From the NCBI GenBank assembly GCA_902475245.1, contig CABRYP010000004.1, positions 18,482 to 82,481 of the forward strand: a stretch of DNA of 64,000 nucleotides, in the 5' to 3' direction. Position 1 is the stretch's first letter; every line of letters begins with the position of its first letter. This document shows, in pieces, positions 21,109 to 29,998 of the stretch. Below the pieces are notes generated by a model. The model did not search any database. It was not told where the DNA came from and worked only from the letters and a program-made list of their open reading frames with translations. The DNA comes from an uncultured Collinsella sp. (GTDB taxonomy: Bacteria; Actinomycetota; Coriobacteriia; Coriobacteriales; Coriobacteriaceae). A program made the position numbers and the translations under genes.

Positions 21109-21702
21109 TTAGCGCTTGATCTCGATATCGTCGAGCTTGACGTCCATGGCTTCGGCCTTGGCCTTGACGATGTCGTCGGCAAATTCCAGGGACTTCATCA
21201 TGGTCTCGACGGTATCCTTGTGCTCCTCGACGTTGTCGATGCGCACGTACACGCTGCCGCCTTCAACGTCGGTGAAGTACTCGGTCGTTACGCCGCCCGA
21301 GTGTGTATAGGAAGCGTTGCGCCAAGTCTTGCCGTTGTACTTGACGGGGTCATTCTCGGTCCACTCAAAGCTGGCATTCCACTTTGCCTCGTAGTCGAAC
21401 AGCTCGTCGGCGTTCTTGTCAGAGTCGAAGACGGGGATGAAGCGATCGCTGGCGTGCTCGCTTTCAGTGAACTTAAACTGGGCCCTGTCGGCGGTGTCGC
21501 CTGCGACGTCGGTGATCTCGACGCCCTCGGGGACCTCGACCTTAAACCAGATGAAGTCGGTCCTCATATCCACGGCTGGCTTTTCTGCTCCGCCGCCACC
21601 GCCACTGCCGGTAGCGCCGCCGCTTCCGCCACAGCCCACCAGGGCAACCGCGGCAAAGAGACTGATGCAGAGGGTGAGAATCGCAAAGGCCTTCTTTTTC
21701 AT
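21109..21702 (-). CDS. Lipoprotein of unknown function (paralog 1)
   Basis: MKKK leader, lipobox LVGC; GAGGAGG RBS. Confidence 0.85.
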   Translation of the reverse strand: MKKKAFAILTLCISLFAAVALVGCGGSGGATGSGGGGGAEKPAVDMRTDFIWFKVEVPEGVEITDVAGDTADRAQFKFTESEHASDRFIPVFDSDKNADELFDYEAKWNASFEWTENDPVKYNGKTWRNASYTHSGGVTTEYFTDVEGGSVYVRIDNVEEHKDTVETMMKSLEFADDIVKAKAEAMDVKLDDIEIKR

Positions 21703-21928
21703 GGTCGTGTCCTCCTCGATCTGTAACCGCCCATGGATTACCTGCCTTTACTGTACGCGTGGACGGCTCGTTCGGGTGGGCCATGTGTCCCATTCTGGGG
21801 GCAGGATTTGCGCCGTTAAGTGGCAATATGCGCGGGCGTAAAAGAGGGGAGGGCCGGCCGATCCGATCCTCCCCTGGCTGGGCGTCCAATCATTTAATGA
21901 CTGCGCATGCGATGCTGCGTGCGAGCCC

Positions 21929-22540
21929 CTAATGCTTGATCTCGATGCTCGAAATCTCGACTTCGCGTGCCTCGGCAACTGCCTTCGCCATGTCATCGGG
22001 AAACTCGATGGAGTTGAGGAGCGCCTCGGCTTCTTTCTTATGCAGATCGAAGTTCGAGATGAGAACGTAGACGCTTCCCGGCTCAACGTCGGTAAAGAGG
22101 AGGGTTGAGACGCCGCTGTTGTCCTCGTACGTTCCGACGAGCCACGTCCTGCCGTTATACTCGACGGATCCGCCATCCTTCCACTGGAACGTATCACCTT
22201 TCTTTTCTGCCTGGTCAGCGTGGGATTCCTCTGCCGTCAGCGCTTTTTTCCAAACGGGGATAAAGCGATCGGCCGAACCGTTCTCGTCTTCGGGGAAGGT
22301 GAGCTGGACCCTGTCGGCATTCTTGCCAGCGGAGTCGCTCACGCCAACGCTCTCGGGTATCTCGACCTTAAACCAGATAAAGTCGGTCTTCTTGGCGACG
22401 GGAGCTTTTTCCTTGCCCTCGCTCTTGGATGCGCTGCTGCCCCCGCCTCCGCTTAACGCACTTCCGCCGCAGCCCACAAGGGCGAGTGCGGCAAAGAGGG
22501 CGATGCAAAGGGAAAGGATCGATAGGGTCTTTTTCTTCAT
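21929..22540 (-). CDS. Lipoprotein of unknown function (paralog 2)
   Basis: Lipobox LVGC; shares 'TDFIWFKVE', 'ADR', 'DRFIPV', 'YNG.TW', 'FTDVE.GSVYV' with paralog 1. Confidence 0.85.
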   Translation of the reverse strand: MKKKTLSILSLCIALFAALALVGCGGSALSGGGGSSASKSEGKEKAPVAKKTDFIWFKVEIPESVGVSDSAGKNADRVQLTFPEDENGSADRFIPVWKKALTAEESHADQAEKKGDTFQWKDGGSVEYNGRTWLVGTYEDNSGVSTLLFTDVEPGSVYVLISNFDLHKKEAEALLNSIEFPDDMAKAVAEAREVEISSIEIKH

Positions 22541-22892
22541 GGTGGCGTCCTCCTTGTCTGTCGGTGACATCACGGCGCCGCGGGTTGTTGGAGCCGTTGG
22601 TGTATGTTGCTATTCGCAAGCGTGGCGGATGTCGTTGTGTGTGGTGCGGCGATACCTCCGTTCTTAGTTTTCGGCCGTTGAGTGGCCGTGCCCCAACGGG
22701 TTCCTTACTTATAGATATGCCCCAGCTTGTGCTGCCCGGGAGTCTCGAAAGGTGGGCCATGTGTCCCATGTTTGGGGCAGGCGCATGGGACGGTACGGCT
22801 CGGCATCGGCTTTTTCATGTTGCGCAACAGCGCCCTGGGTGGGGGCGTATAGACTTGGCTGTGACAAAAGCTAAACCACGAAAGGTCGAACG

Positions 22893-23732
22893 ATGTTCTG
22901 TCAAAAATGCGGACAGCAAGTTCCCGATGGATCGACGTTTTGCACGCATTGCGGGGCGTCGCTTGCGGGTGGCTCCGCGCCGACGCCTACGGGCGCTGGT
23001 CCTTCCTCTGCCCCGGGCCTAACCCAATCGATGCCGCCGGTCGCGCCTGCGCCTCAAAAGCCCAAGAGCAAGGCGCCGGTCATTATCGCTGTGGCATGTG
23101 CTGCTGTGGTCCTCATCGGCGGCGGCACGGTGTTTGCGCTTACGGTGCTCAATGGGTCAAAGAGCTCCGGCACGCAGATTTCGGTGGTCGATACCGGGTC
23201 TTCGGACGAGAAAGATTCTTCTGCCAAGAAGAAGAGCGACAAGTCCAAGTCCAAGGAATCCTCGGCGTCCGATGACGAGGCCGTCCCCGGGGACGAGTCG
23301 GCATACTACGGTTCGGGCGATTCGGACGATTACCTGACCGACGTGCATACGTACACGAACGACATGCATCCTTATAGCATGTCGATTCCCAACCGTTTTG
23401 AGATGGAAGATACTCCCAGCGGCAGCAGCACAAGGTACGAGGATCCGGAGACGGGTTTTGTGATCAGCCTGTCTGGCTACGTCAACATTAACGACGAAAC
23501 TGCACACGAGATGTTTGTCGATGAGGACACCTCGGGCAAGGCCAACCTCTATACCGCAGAGGGCGACAACTGGTACGTGGTCTCGTGGTGTGAGGACGAT
23601 ACGGTCATTTACGAAAAGACGATCGTCACGGATTCGACGATTGCCACGGCGCATTTGGAGTACTCGACTGCAAACCGCGACATGGGATCGAAGATTATCG
23701 ACACGCTGCTGCCGACGTTTCAGGTGGACTAG
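22893..23732 (+). CDS. Zinc-ribbon domain membrane protein
   Basis: 'MFCQKCG...FCTHCG', Pro-rich linker, one TM, acidic extracellular domain. Confidence 0.85.
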   Translation: MFCQKCGQQVPDGSTFCTHCGASLAGGSAPTPTGAGPSSAPGLTQSMPPVAPAPQKPKSKAPVIIAVACAAVVLIGGGTVFALTVLNGSKSSGTQISVVDTGSSDEKDSSAKKKSDKSKSKESSASDDEAVPGDESAYYGSGDSDDYLTDVHTYTNDMHPYSMSIPNRFEMEDTPSGSSTRYEDPETGFVISLSGYVNINDETAHEMFVDEDTSGKANLYTAEGDNWYVVSWCEDDTVIYEKTIVTDSTIATAHLEYSTANRDMGSKIIDTLLPTFQVD

Positions 23733-23916
23733 GCGCCCGTGCCTATAGCCGGCAATCGGAAACACCGATAGCCAGAGCTCCTGACAGCCTTTGTCTTATG
23801 GGCTAGACTGGCTTGGACAAGATCGATGAATGGGACAACCGCTTCCTGGCGTCGTTGTCCCATTTTTTATTCCGGCGCGGTCCGTGGCGACCGGCGCTCT
23901 AGGCAGAGGTGTTTCG

Positions 23917-24549
23917 ATGAGCCAAGAGATGATGGATAAAACCTGTCGCGGTTTTGCCGAGGCGCTTGCCGCGCGCGAGCCGGTTCCCGGCGGCGGCAGC
24001 GCCAGCGCGTTTGTGGGAGCACTGGGTGCCTCGCTGTGCGGGATGGTTGCTCGCTATGGCGCGACGAACCCCGCGCTTGCCGATCGCGCAGACGATCTGA
24101 CGCACGCGTTTGCCCAGGCAGACGAGCTGGCTCAGGAGCTTGTGGGTCTGGTTGCCAAGGACGTTCGTGCGTACGGCCAGGTGTCTGCGGCATACGGTAT
24201 TCCGCGCGATGATCCGGCTCGACCGGCTGCGATTCAGGATGCACTGCACGTGGCAGCCATGCCGCCGTACCGCATTATGGATGCGTGCGGTCGTGCGCTG
24301 GCGCTGCTCGAGGACATGGCCGATAAGGGTTCGCGCCAACTGCTGTCCGATGTGGCGTGCGGCGCCGTATTCTGCCGCGCTGCCATGCAGGGCGCGAGTT
24401 TGACGCTCTTTGCGAACACCACGTCTATGAAGGATCGTGCCCGCGCCGAGGAGCTCGAGGCGGCGTGCGATGAACTGCTCGATACGTGGCTGCCGCGCGC
24501 CGATGCGCTGGCGCGCCGCGCCGCCGACGCCGCCAGGAAGAGGGGATAG
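23917..24549 (+). CDS. fchA: Methenyl-THF cyclohydrolase / formiminotransferase-cyclodeaminase family
   Basis: 'PVPGGGSASA..GALGASL..MVA', 'SDVACG'; adjacent to folD. Confidence 0.85.
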   Translation: MSQEMMDKTCRGFAEALAAREPVPGGGSASAFVGALGASLCGMVARYGATNPALADRADDLTHAFAQADELAQELVGLVAKDVRAYGQVSAAYGIPRDDPARPAAIQDALHVAAMPPYRIMDACGRALALLEDMADKGSRQLLSDVACGAVFCRAAMQGASLTLFANTTSMKDRARAEELEAACDELLDTWLPRADALARRAADAARKRG

Positions 24550-24551
24550 CC

Positions 24552-25406
24552 ATGGCAGAGCTGCTGAAGGGTGCTCCCGTTGCCCGTGCTTTGACTGAGG
24601 AACTCGCTGCTCGCTGCGCCGCCCTGCGCGAACGGGGCATCGTGCCGACGCTGGCCATCGTTCGTGTGGGCGAGCGCGAGGACGATCTATCCTACGAGCG
24701 TGGCGCCCTCAAGCGCTGCGAGAAGGTCGGCATCGAGGTTCGCCGCGTTTTGCTTCCTGCCGATGTTTCGCAGGACGAGCTGTTGGCGGCCATCGAGGAC
24801 ATCAATGCCGACCCCGCTGTTCATGGCTGCCTGATGTTTCGTCCGTTGCCCGTTGGGCTTGACGAGGATGCAGTTGCCGCGGCACTCGATCCTGCCAAGG
24901 ATGTTGACTCCATGACGCCGGCCTCGCTGCTTACCACGCTTTCGGGGCGTGGCGAGGGCTTTGCCCCCTGCACAGCGGAGGCTGTGCTGGCGTTGCTGGA
25001 CCATTACGGCGTTGAGCTGGATGGGGCCAAGGTCGCGGTCGTTGGTCGGTCGCTGGTGATTGGCCGTCCCGTTGCCGCCATGCTTACGGCTCGCAATGCC
25101 ACAGTGACGACGTGCCATACGCATACGCGCGACTTGGCTGCTGAGTGCCGTGCGGCTGATATTGTGGTTGCGGCCGTTGGATGCGCGCGCACGATTGGTG
25201 TGGACGCGGTTCGCGAGGGCCAGACGATTATCGATGTTGGCATTAATTGGGACGAGGCGGCTGGCAAGTTGGTCGGGGACGTTGATTTTGATGCTGCAGA
25301 GCCGGTTGTTGACACCATCACGCCCGTGCCGGGCGGCGTGGGAGCTGTGACGACGGCGATCCTCGCCAAACACGTGATCGAAGCGGCCGAGCGCGCATCG
25401 AAATAG
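24552..25406 (+). CDS. folD: Methylene-THF dehydrogenase/cyclohydrolase FolD
   Basis: 'KDVD', 'PCTAE', 'VGRSLVIGRP', 'IIDVGIN', 'TPVPGGVG'. Confidence 0.93.
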   Translation: MAELLKGAPVARALTEELAARCAALRERGIVPTLAIVRVGEREDDLSYERGALKRCEKVGIEVRRVLLPADVSQDELLAAIEDINADPAVHGCLMFRPLPVGLDEDAVAAALDPAKDVDSMTPASLLTTLSGRGEGFAPCTAEAVLALLDHYGVELDGAKVAVVGRSLVIGRPVAAMLTARNATVTTCHTHTRDLAAECRAADIVVAAVGCARTIGVDAVREGQTIIDVGINWDEAAGKLVGDVDFDAAEPVVDTITPVPGGVGAVTTAILAKHVIEAAERASK

Positions 25407-25443
25407 GCGTTTTGGGCCGTTTGAGGGGTTAGTTCCATACTCC

Positions 25444-25673
25444 GTGGACAAAAAATGCCAAATATGAGTACTGTTGCCAAGATAGTCACATATATTTTAG
25501 GTTAATTTGGCTCTCTAACGATATTTATTATCGATAGAGAGCCTATTTTATTGGACCTATGAGGAATTACATTGTCCAGCTTTTGAACAAATGTAGATTA
25601 TCGACACCTTTGTTCAGAGAAATTGCTGTTACTAAATTGGTGACAGTACTCATATTTGGCATTTTTTGACCAC
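25444..25673. mobile_element. AT-rich MITE-like element with ~47-bp terminal inverted repeats
   Basis: AAAAAATGCCAAATATGAGTACTGT and its exact reverse complement at the other end, with imperfect extension; no internal ORF. Confidence 0.6.
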
Positions 25674-25760
25674 AGGGGTTGCCGGAGCTGTGCCTTCGCC
25701 CTTTTTGAGCCAAAGCGATACACTGTTGCCATTTAATTTCTTCGCTCAAGGAGGATGCGC

Positions 25761-27284
25761 ATGCCGTGCACAACGATTTTGGTTGGTAAGAACGCGAGCT
25801 ACGACGGGTCGACGCTGGTTGCCCGCAACGAGGACTCGTCCAACGGGGTGTTTGAGCCCAAGCGCATGCGTGTTGTGCACCCCGACGAGCAGCCGCGTGT
25901 CTACACGAGCGTTTTGAGCCACCTGACCGTTGAGCTGCCCGATAATCCCATGCGTTATACAAGCGTCCCCGACGTTGTCCCGGGTCATGGCATTTGGGCC
26001 GAGGCCGGCTTCAACGAGCTCAACGTTGGCATGTCCGCAACCGAGACGCTTACCACCAACGAGCGCGTCCGCGGCGCCGATCCGCTCGTGGACTACGTGC
26101 CCGCCAAGGGTAACGAGGGCGAGGACGGCTATGTTCCGGCGCAGCCCGGTGGCCTGGGCGAGGAGGATATGGTGACCCTGGTGCTGCCGTATGCCAAGTC
26201 CGCACGCGGCGGCGTGCGTATCCTGGGCGACCTGCTCGAGCGCTACGGCACCTACGAGAACAACGGCATCGCCTTTAGCGACGTTGACGAGATCTGGTGG
26301 CTCGAGACCATCGGCGGCCACCACTGGATCGCCAAGCGCGTGCCCGACGACGCCTATGTGACCATGCCCAACCAACTGGGTATCGACAGCTTTGACCTGG
26401 ACGATGCCGAGGGCGCCCAAGCCGACCACATGTGCTCCGCCGACCTGCGCTCCTGGATGGCCGAGTGGCATCTGGACCTGACGCTGGGCGTCGAGGGCGA
26501 CGGTCCCGCCGCGGTCTTTAACCCGCGCGAGGCCTTTGGCTCGCACAGCGACAGCGACCACGTCTACAACACGCCGCGTGCCTGGTATATGCAGCGCTGT
26601 CTCAACCCCAGCGATGTGTGGGACGGTCCCGAGGCCGACTACACGCCCGAGAGCGACGATATCCCCTGGAGCCGCGTGCCCGAGCGCAAGGTGACCATCG
26701 AGGACATCAAGTACGTGCTTTCGAGCCACTACCAGGGCACGGAGTACGACTGCTACGGCAGCAAGGGCACGCCCGCCACGCGCGGTGCCTATCGTCCCAT
26801 CGGCATTAACCGCAACAGCCAGCTCGCCGTGCTGCAGCTGCGCCCCTATGCGCAGCCGGCGTATCGCGCCGTGCAGTGGATGGCGTTTGGCTCCAACTCG
26901 TTTAACGCGCTCGTGCCGCTGTACGCCAATGTCGAAACCATGCCCGAGTACTATGCCGACACGCAGGCTCGCGTGACGTCCGAGAATTTCTATTGGGCAA
27001 ATCGCCTGATCGGCGCCTTGGCCGATGTTCGCTTCCATGAGTGCGGTCGCGCGGTTGAGGATTATCAGGAGAAGGTCGGCGGCATGGGCCACAAGCAGAT
27101 TCACGACGTTGACGCTGTCGTGACCGCGCTGCCCGAGGCCGAGGTGCCCGCCGAGCTCGCCCGCGCCAACGAAGAGTTTGCCGAGCGCGTGCGGGTGGAG
27201 ACCGATGCTCTGTTGGGCAAGGTACTCTACACCACGAGCTGCGCCATGAAGAACTCCTTCGCGATGAACGACAACGTGAGGTAA
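25761..27284 (+). CDS. Dipeptidase, peptidase family C69
   Basis: N-terminal 'MPCTTILVGKNASYDGST..ARNED', 'SATET', 'GGHHW', 'SHYQGT.YD'. Confidence 0.93.
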   Translation: MPCTTILVGKNASYDGSTLVARNEDSSNGVFEPKRMRVVHPDEQPRVYTSVLSHLTVELPDNPMRYTSVPDVVPGHGIWAEAGFNELNVGMSATETLTTNERVRGADPLVDYVPAKGNEGEDGYVPAQPGGLGEEDMVTLVLPYAKSARGGVRILGDLLERYGTYENNGIAFSDVDEIWWLETIGGHHWIAKRVPDDAYVTMPNQLGIDSFDLDDAEGAQADHMCSADLRSWMAEWHLDLTLGVEGDGPAAVFNPREAFGSHSDSDHVYNTPRAWYMQRCLNPSDVWDGPEADYTPESDDIPWSRVPERKVTIEDIKYVLSSHYQGTEYDCYGSKGTPATRGAYRPIGINRNSQLAVLQLRPYAQPAYRAVQWMAFGSNSFNALVPLYANVETMPEYYADTQARVTSENFYWANRLIGALADVRFHECGRAVEDYQEKVGGMGHKQIHDVDAVVTALPEAEVPAELARANEEFAERVRVETDALLGKVLYTTSCAMKNSFAMNDNVR

Positions 27285-27432
27285 AGACGGCCTTGCGGCG
27301 AACGAGCGGGACAAACGCCGTCAAAGGCTTTGCCCCGCTCGATTTCTATCCCGGCGATAAAACGATTTTGTGTCGTTCACCCAATCTTGGGTACAAGAAG
27401 GCCAATGCAGTTGTTCATGATTGGAGCCAACC

Positions 27433-27849
27433 ATGGTTATGAAATTCGATCAGCTTGTTAACGGTGCCATCAACGTGGGCTTCGGTGCCGCCGCCGTTGC
27501 CGTCGAGGGCGGCAAGAAGGTCCTCGACGACCTCAATACCAAGGGTGAGCAGGTGCGCAAGGACGCCGGCACTCCCGATATCGCCCGCAGCGTGTCCGAC
27601 ATGTTCGAGCAGGCCGGCGGCACCATCTCCGACCTGACCGAGCGCCTGGGCATGCAGGGCGAGACTGCGGCACAGCGCGTGCTCGACGAGCTCATCCTGG
27701 CCCGCGTCCGCGTTATGACCGCCCCCGAGCGCACGGCCTTCCTGGCCCATGTACGCGACATCGTCGATTCGGTCGAGGACAACGTGACCTCGGTGCCCGT
27801 CGAGTCCGTTGAGCCCGACGATGCAGAGGACACCGAAGAGGCCGAGTAG
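27433..27849 (+). CDS. Hypothetical (phasin-like N-terminus) protein
   Basis: 'GFGAAAVAVE..KKVLDDL..KGE' resembles phasin/PHA-granule proteins commonly paired with UbiB kinases. Confidence 0.6.
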   Translation: MVMKFDQLVNGAINVGFGAAAVAVEGGKKVLDDLNTKGEQVRKDAGTPDIARSVSDMFEQAGGTISDLTERLGMQGETAAQRVLDELILARVRVMTAPERTAFLAHVRDIVDSVEDNVTSVPVESVEPDDAEDTEEAE

Positions 27850-27857
27850 CAGCGCAG

Positions 27858-29621
27858 ATGGCAGATTCCACCACCGATTACAACAATCTAGATCCCTTGG
27901 GTGACGAGACGGCGGTTGTCGACGAGGTCGATGCCGCCGTCTCGGGCGCTCGCAAGAAGCCGCGCGCTGTCGATATGGTGCCCGAGGAGCCCGACGCGAT
28001 GGCGCCGGACGAGGAATACCAGCTCACGCCGGCGGGCCGCCGCGAGCGCATCGGGCAGATCGTTCGCCTGATCAAAAAGTACCGCGTGTGGGATAACCTT
28101 ACGCCGGTTCGCCTGCGCCGCCTGCTCGAAGAGCTCGGCCCCATGTTCGTTAAAATGGGGCAGATTCTGGCTAACCGTTCCGAGATTTTGCCGCAGCGGT
28201 TTTGCGACGAGCTGCGTCGCCTGCGCTCCGACGTAGAGCCGGTGCCGTATGAGGTAGTGCTCCGCTGTCTGGAAGAGGAGTACGGCCAGCGCCTGGGGCA
28301 GATGTTCGACGCGATCGACCCCAACCCGCTCGGTAGCGCGTCGCTCGCGCAGGTACACCGCGCCCGCCTGGTGACCGGCGAGGACGTGGCCGTTAAGGTG
28401 CAGCGCCCCGGCGCGCAACAGGTCATGGCGCAGGACATCGACATCATTCGCTCGGTGGTGCGCATCGTTTCCAAGTTTGTCAACACCGATCAGTTTGTTG
28501 ACCTGCACGGCGTGGTCGAGGAGCTGTGGACCTCGTTTCGCGAGGAGACCAACTTTTTGGCCGAGGCCAAAAACCTCAACGATTTCTACGACTTCCACAA
28601 AAGCGTGCACGGCGTGTCGTGCCCCAAGTCCTACCTGGACCTTTGCACCGAGCACGTCGTGGTCATGGACTACATTGACGGCATCTCGATTGCCGATCCC
28701 GAGCGCCTGGTGGCTGAGGGCTATGACCTGGAAAAGATCGGCTCGGCGATTGTCGAGGACTACTCGACGCAGGTGCTCGACGACGGCTTTTTCCATGCCG
28801 ACCCGCATGCGGGAAACATCATCCTCAAGGACGGCATCGTCTACTTTATCGACCTGGGCATGGTCGGGCGCATGTCGAGTCACGACCGCGGTATCGTCAA
28901 GGACATGATTTTCGCCGTGGCCGAGGGTGACGTGCCCAAGCTCAAGGATTCGCTCATGCGCTTTGCCGTGACGCGCGGCGATTCGGCCGAGCTCGACCAT
29001 TCGGCCTTTTTGTCCGACTTGGACTTTATCGTCGCCGACTTTGCGGGGCTCGATCTTAAGGATCTTGATATCGGCGAGTTTTTGACCTCGCTGCTAAACC
29101 TGGCGCGCAAAAACGACGTTGAGCTGCCGAGCGTGGTGACGATGTTCGCGCGCGGCATGGTGACACTCGAGGGCCTGCTGACCGAGTACATGCCCAACGT
29201 CAACATGATCCAGATCATCCAGACGCATATCAAAAACGAGAAGAGTACCTACGCACGCATGCGCGACATGAGTCGCGATTTCGCGGCGAGTAGCTACCGA
29301 GCGGCAAAGGGTTCGCTCGAAGCGGCTGAGTATCTGGGCCTGGCGTCGCGAATGCTCACGCGCGGTCAGCTCAAGCTGAACTTGCAGCTCATGAGTAGCG
29401 ACAAGGCGCTGCGTCAGATAGGCGGCATCGTCGACCGCATGTCAATGGCCATTGTCATCGCCGGTCTGTTTATCGGTTCCTCGGTGGTCTACTATGCGCG
29501 CATCGAGCCTGTTGTGCTCGGTATTCCGATCATCGGCTTTGTTGGCTATGTGAGCGCGCTGGTTTTGGCGCTCATGCTGGGCCGCAATATCTGGCGCAAC
29601 AGTCACGGCGGCAAGCACTAG
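27858..29621 (+). CDS. ABC1/UbiB (AarF) family protein kinase-like
   Basis: 'LGPMFVKMGQ', 'ASLAQVHRA', 'VAVKVQRP', 'FFHADPHAGN', 'IDLGMVG'; C-terminal TMs. Confidence 0.93.
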   Translation: MADSTTDYNNLDPLGDETAVVDEVDAAVSGARKKPRAVDMVPEEPDAMAPDEEYQLTPAGRRERIGQIVRLIKKYRVWDNLTPVRLRRLLEELGPMFVKMGQILANRSEILPQRFCDELRRLRSDVEPVPYEVVLRCLEEEYGQRLGQMFDAIDPNPLGSASLAQVHRARLVTGEDVAVKVQRPGAQQVMAQDIDIIRSVVRIVSKFVNTDQFVDLHGVVEELWTSFREETNFLAEAKNLNDFYDFHKSVHGVSCPKSYLDLCTEHVVVMDYIDGISIADPERLVAEGYDLEKIGSAIVEDYSTQVLDDGFFHADPHAGNIILKDGIVYFIDLGMVGRMSSHDRGIVKDMIFAVAEGDVPKLKDSLMRFAVTRGDSAELDHSAFLSDLDFIVADFAGLDLKDLDIGEFLTSLLNLARKNDVELPSVVTMFARGMVTLEGLLTEYMPNVNMIQIIQTHIKNEKSTYARMRDMSRDFAASSYRAAKGSLEAAEYLGLASRMLTRGQLKLNLQLMSSDKALRQIGGIVDRMSMAIVIAGLFIGSSVVYYARIEPVVLGIPIIGFVGYVSALVLALMLGRNIWRNSHGGKH

Positions 29622-29749
29622 CGTAGCTGCACGGTGTCTTGTCCCACGGCGCCCTTCCATACCCAACTCTTTCCTATCGCAAACAATAGCTTTTACCTTG
29701 GGCTTCGCCTGCGTACGGGGCCCTTTTGCGTGATACCATACTGACAGTA

Positions 29750-29936
29750 ATAATCAATGGCCTAGATGGTGGTGCGGAGACGCACGAATGCGTGGTTTTC
29801 CTGCGCATTTGGGAGAATCGGGGTGCAAGTCCCCGGCTGTACCAGTAACCGTAATTCCTCTTGGCTCGGGATGCTCGCGTCGCAGATCGGACGACGTACC
29901 CGAGCCGTTAAGGTTAAGTCGGATCGCCTCCCATCT
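29750..29936 (+). promoter_or_regulatory. Cobalamin (B12) riboswitch, variant
   Basis: GGGAGAAT-CGGGG-TGCAAGT-CCCCG T-loop hairpin, GCTGTACCAGTAACCGTAA, B12-box-like AAGTCGGATCGCCTCC, closing stem AGATGG/CCATCT; CATACT -10 upstream; precedes DUF4430 proteins. Confidence 0.75.
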
Positions 29937-29998
29937 TGCATGCGGCTGCGGCGTATGCCGCCGGTGTGCATAGGGCTCTGGAGGGAAGGGGGACCCCG

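Noticed and set aside
23760..23916. THF or ZTP riboswitch before fchA-folD
   Set aside because: Only a terminator-like hairpin (23829-23868) is visible; aptamer consensus not recognised. The same applies upstream of fhs.
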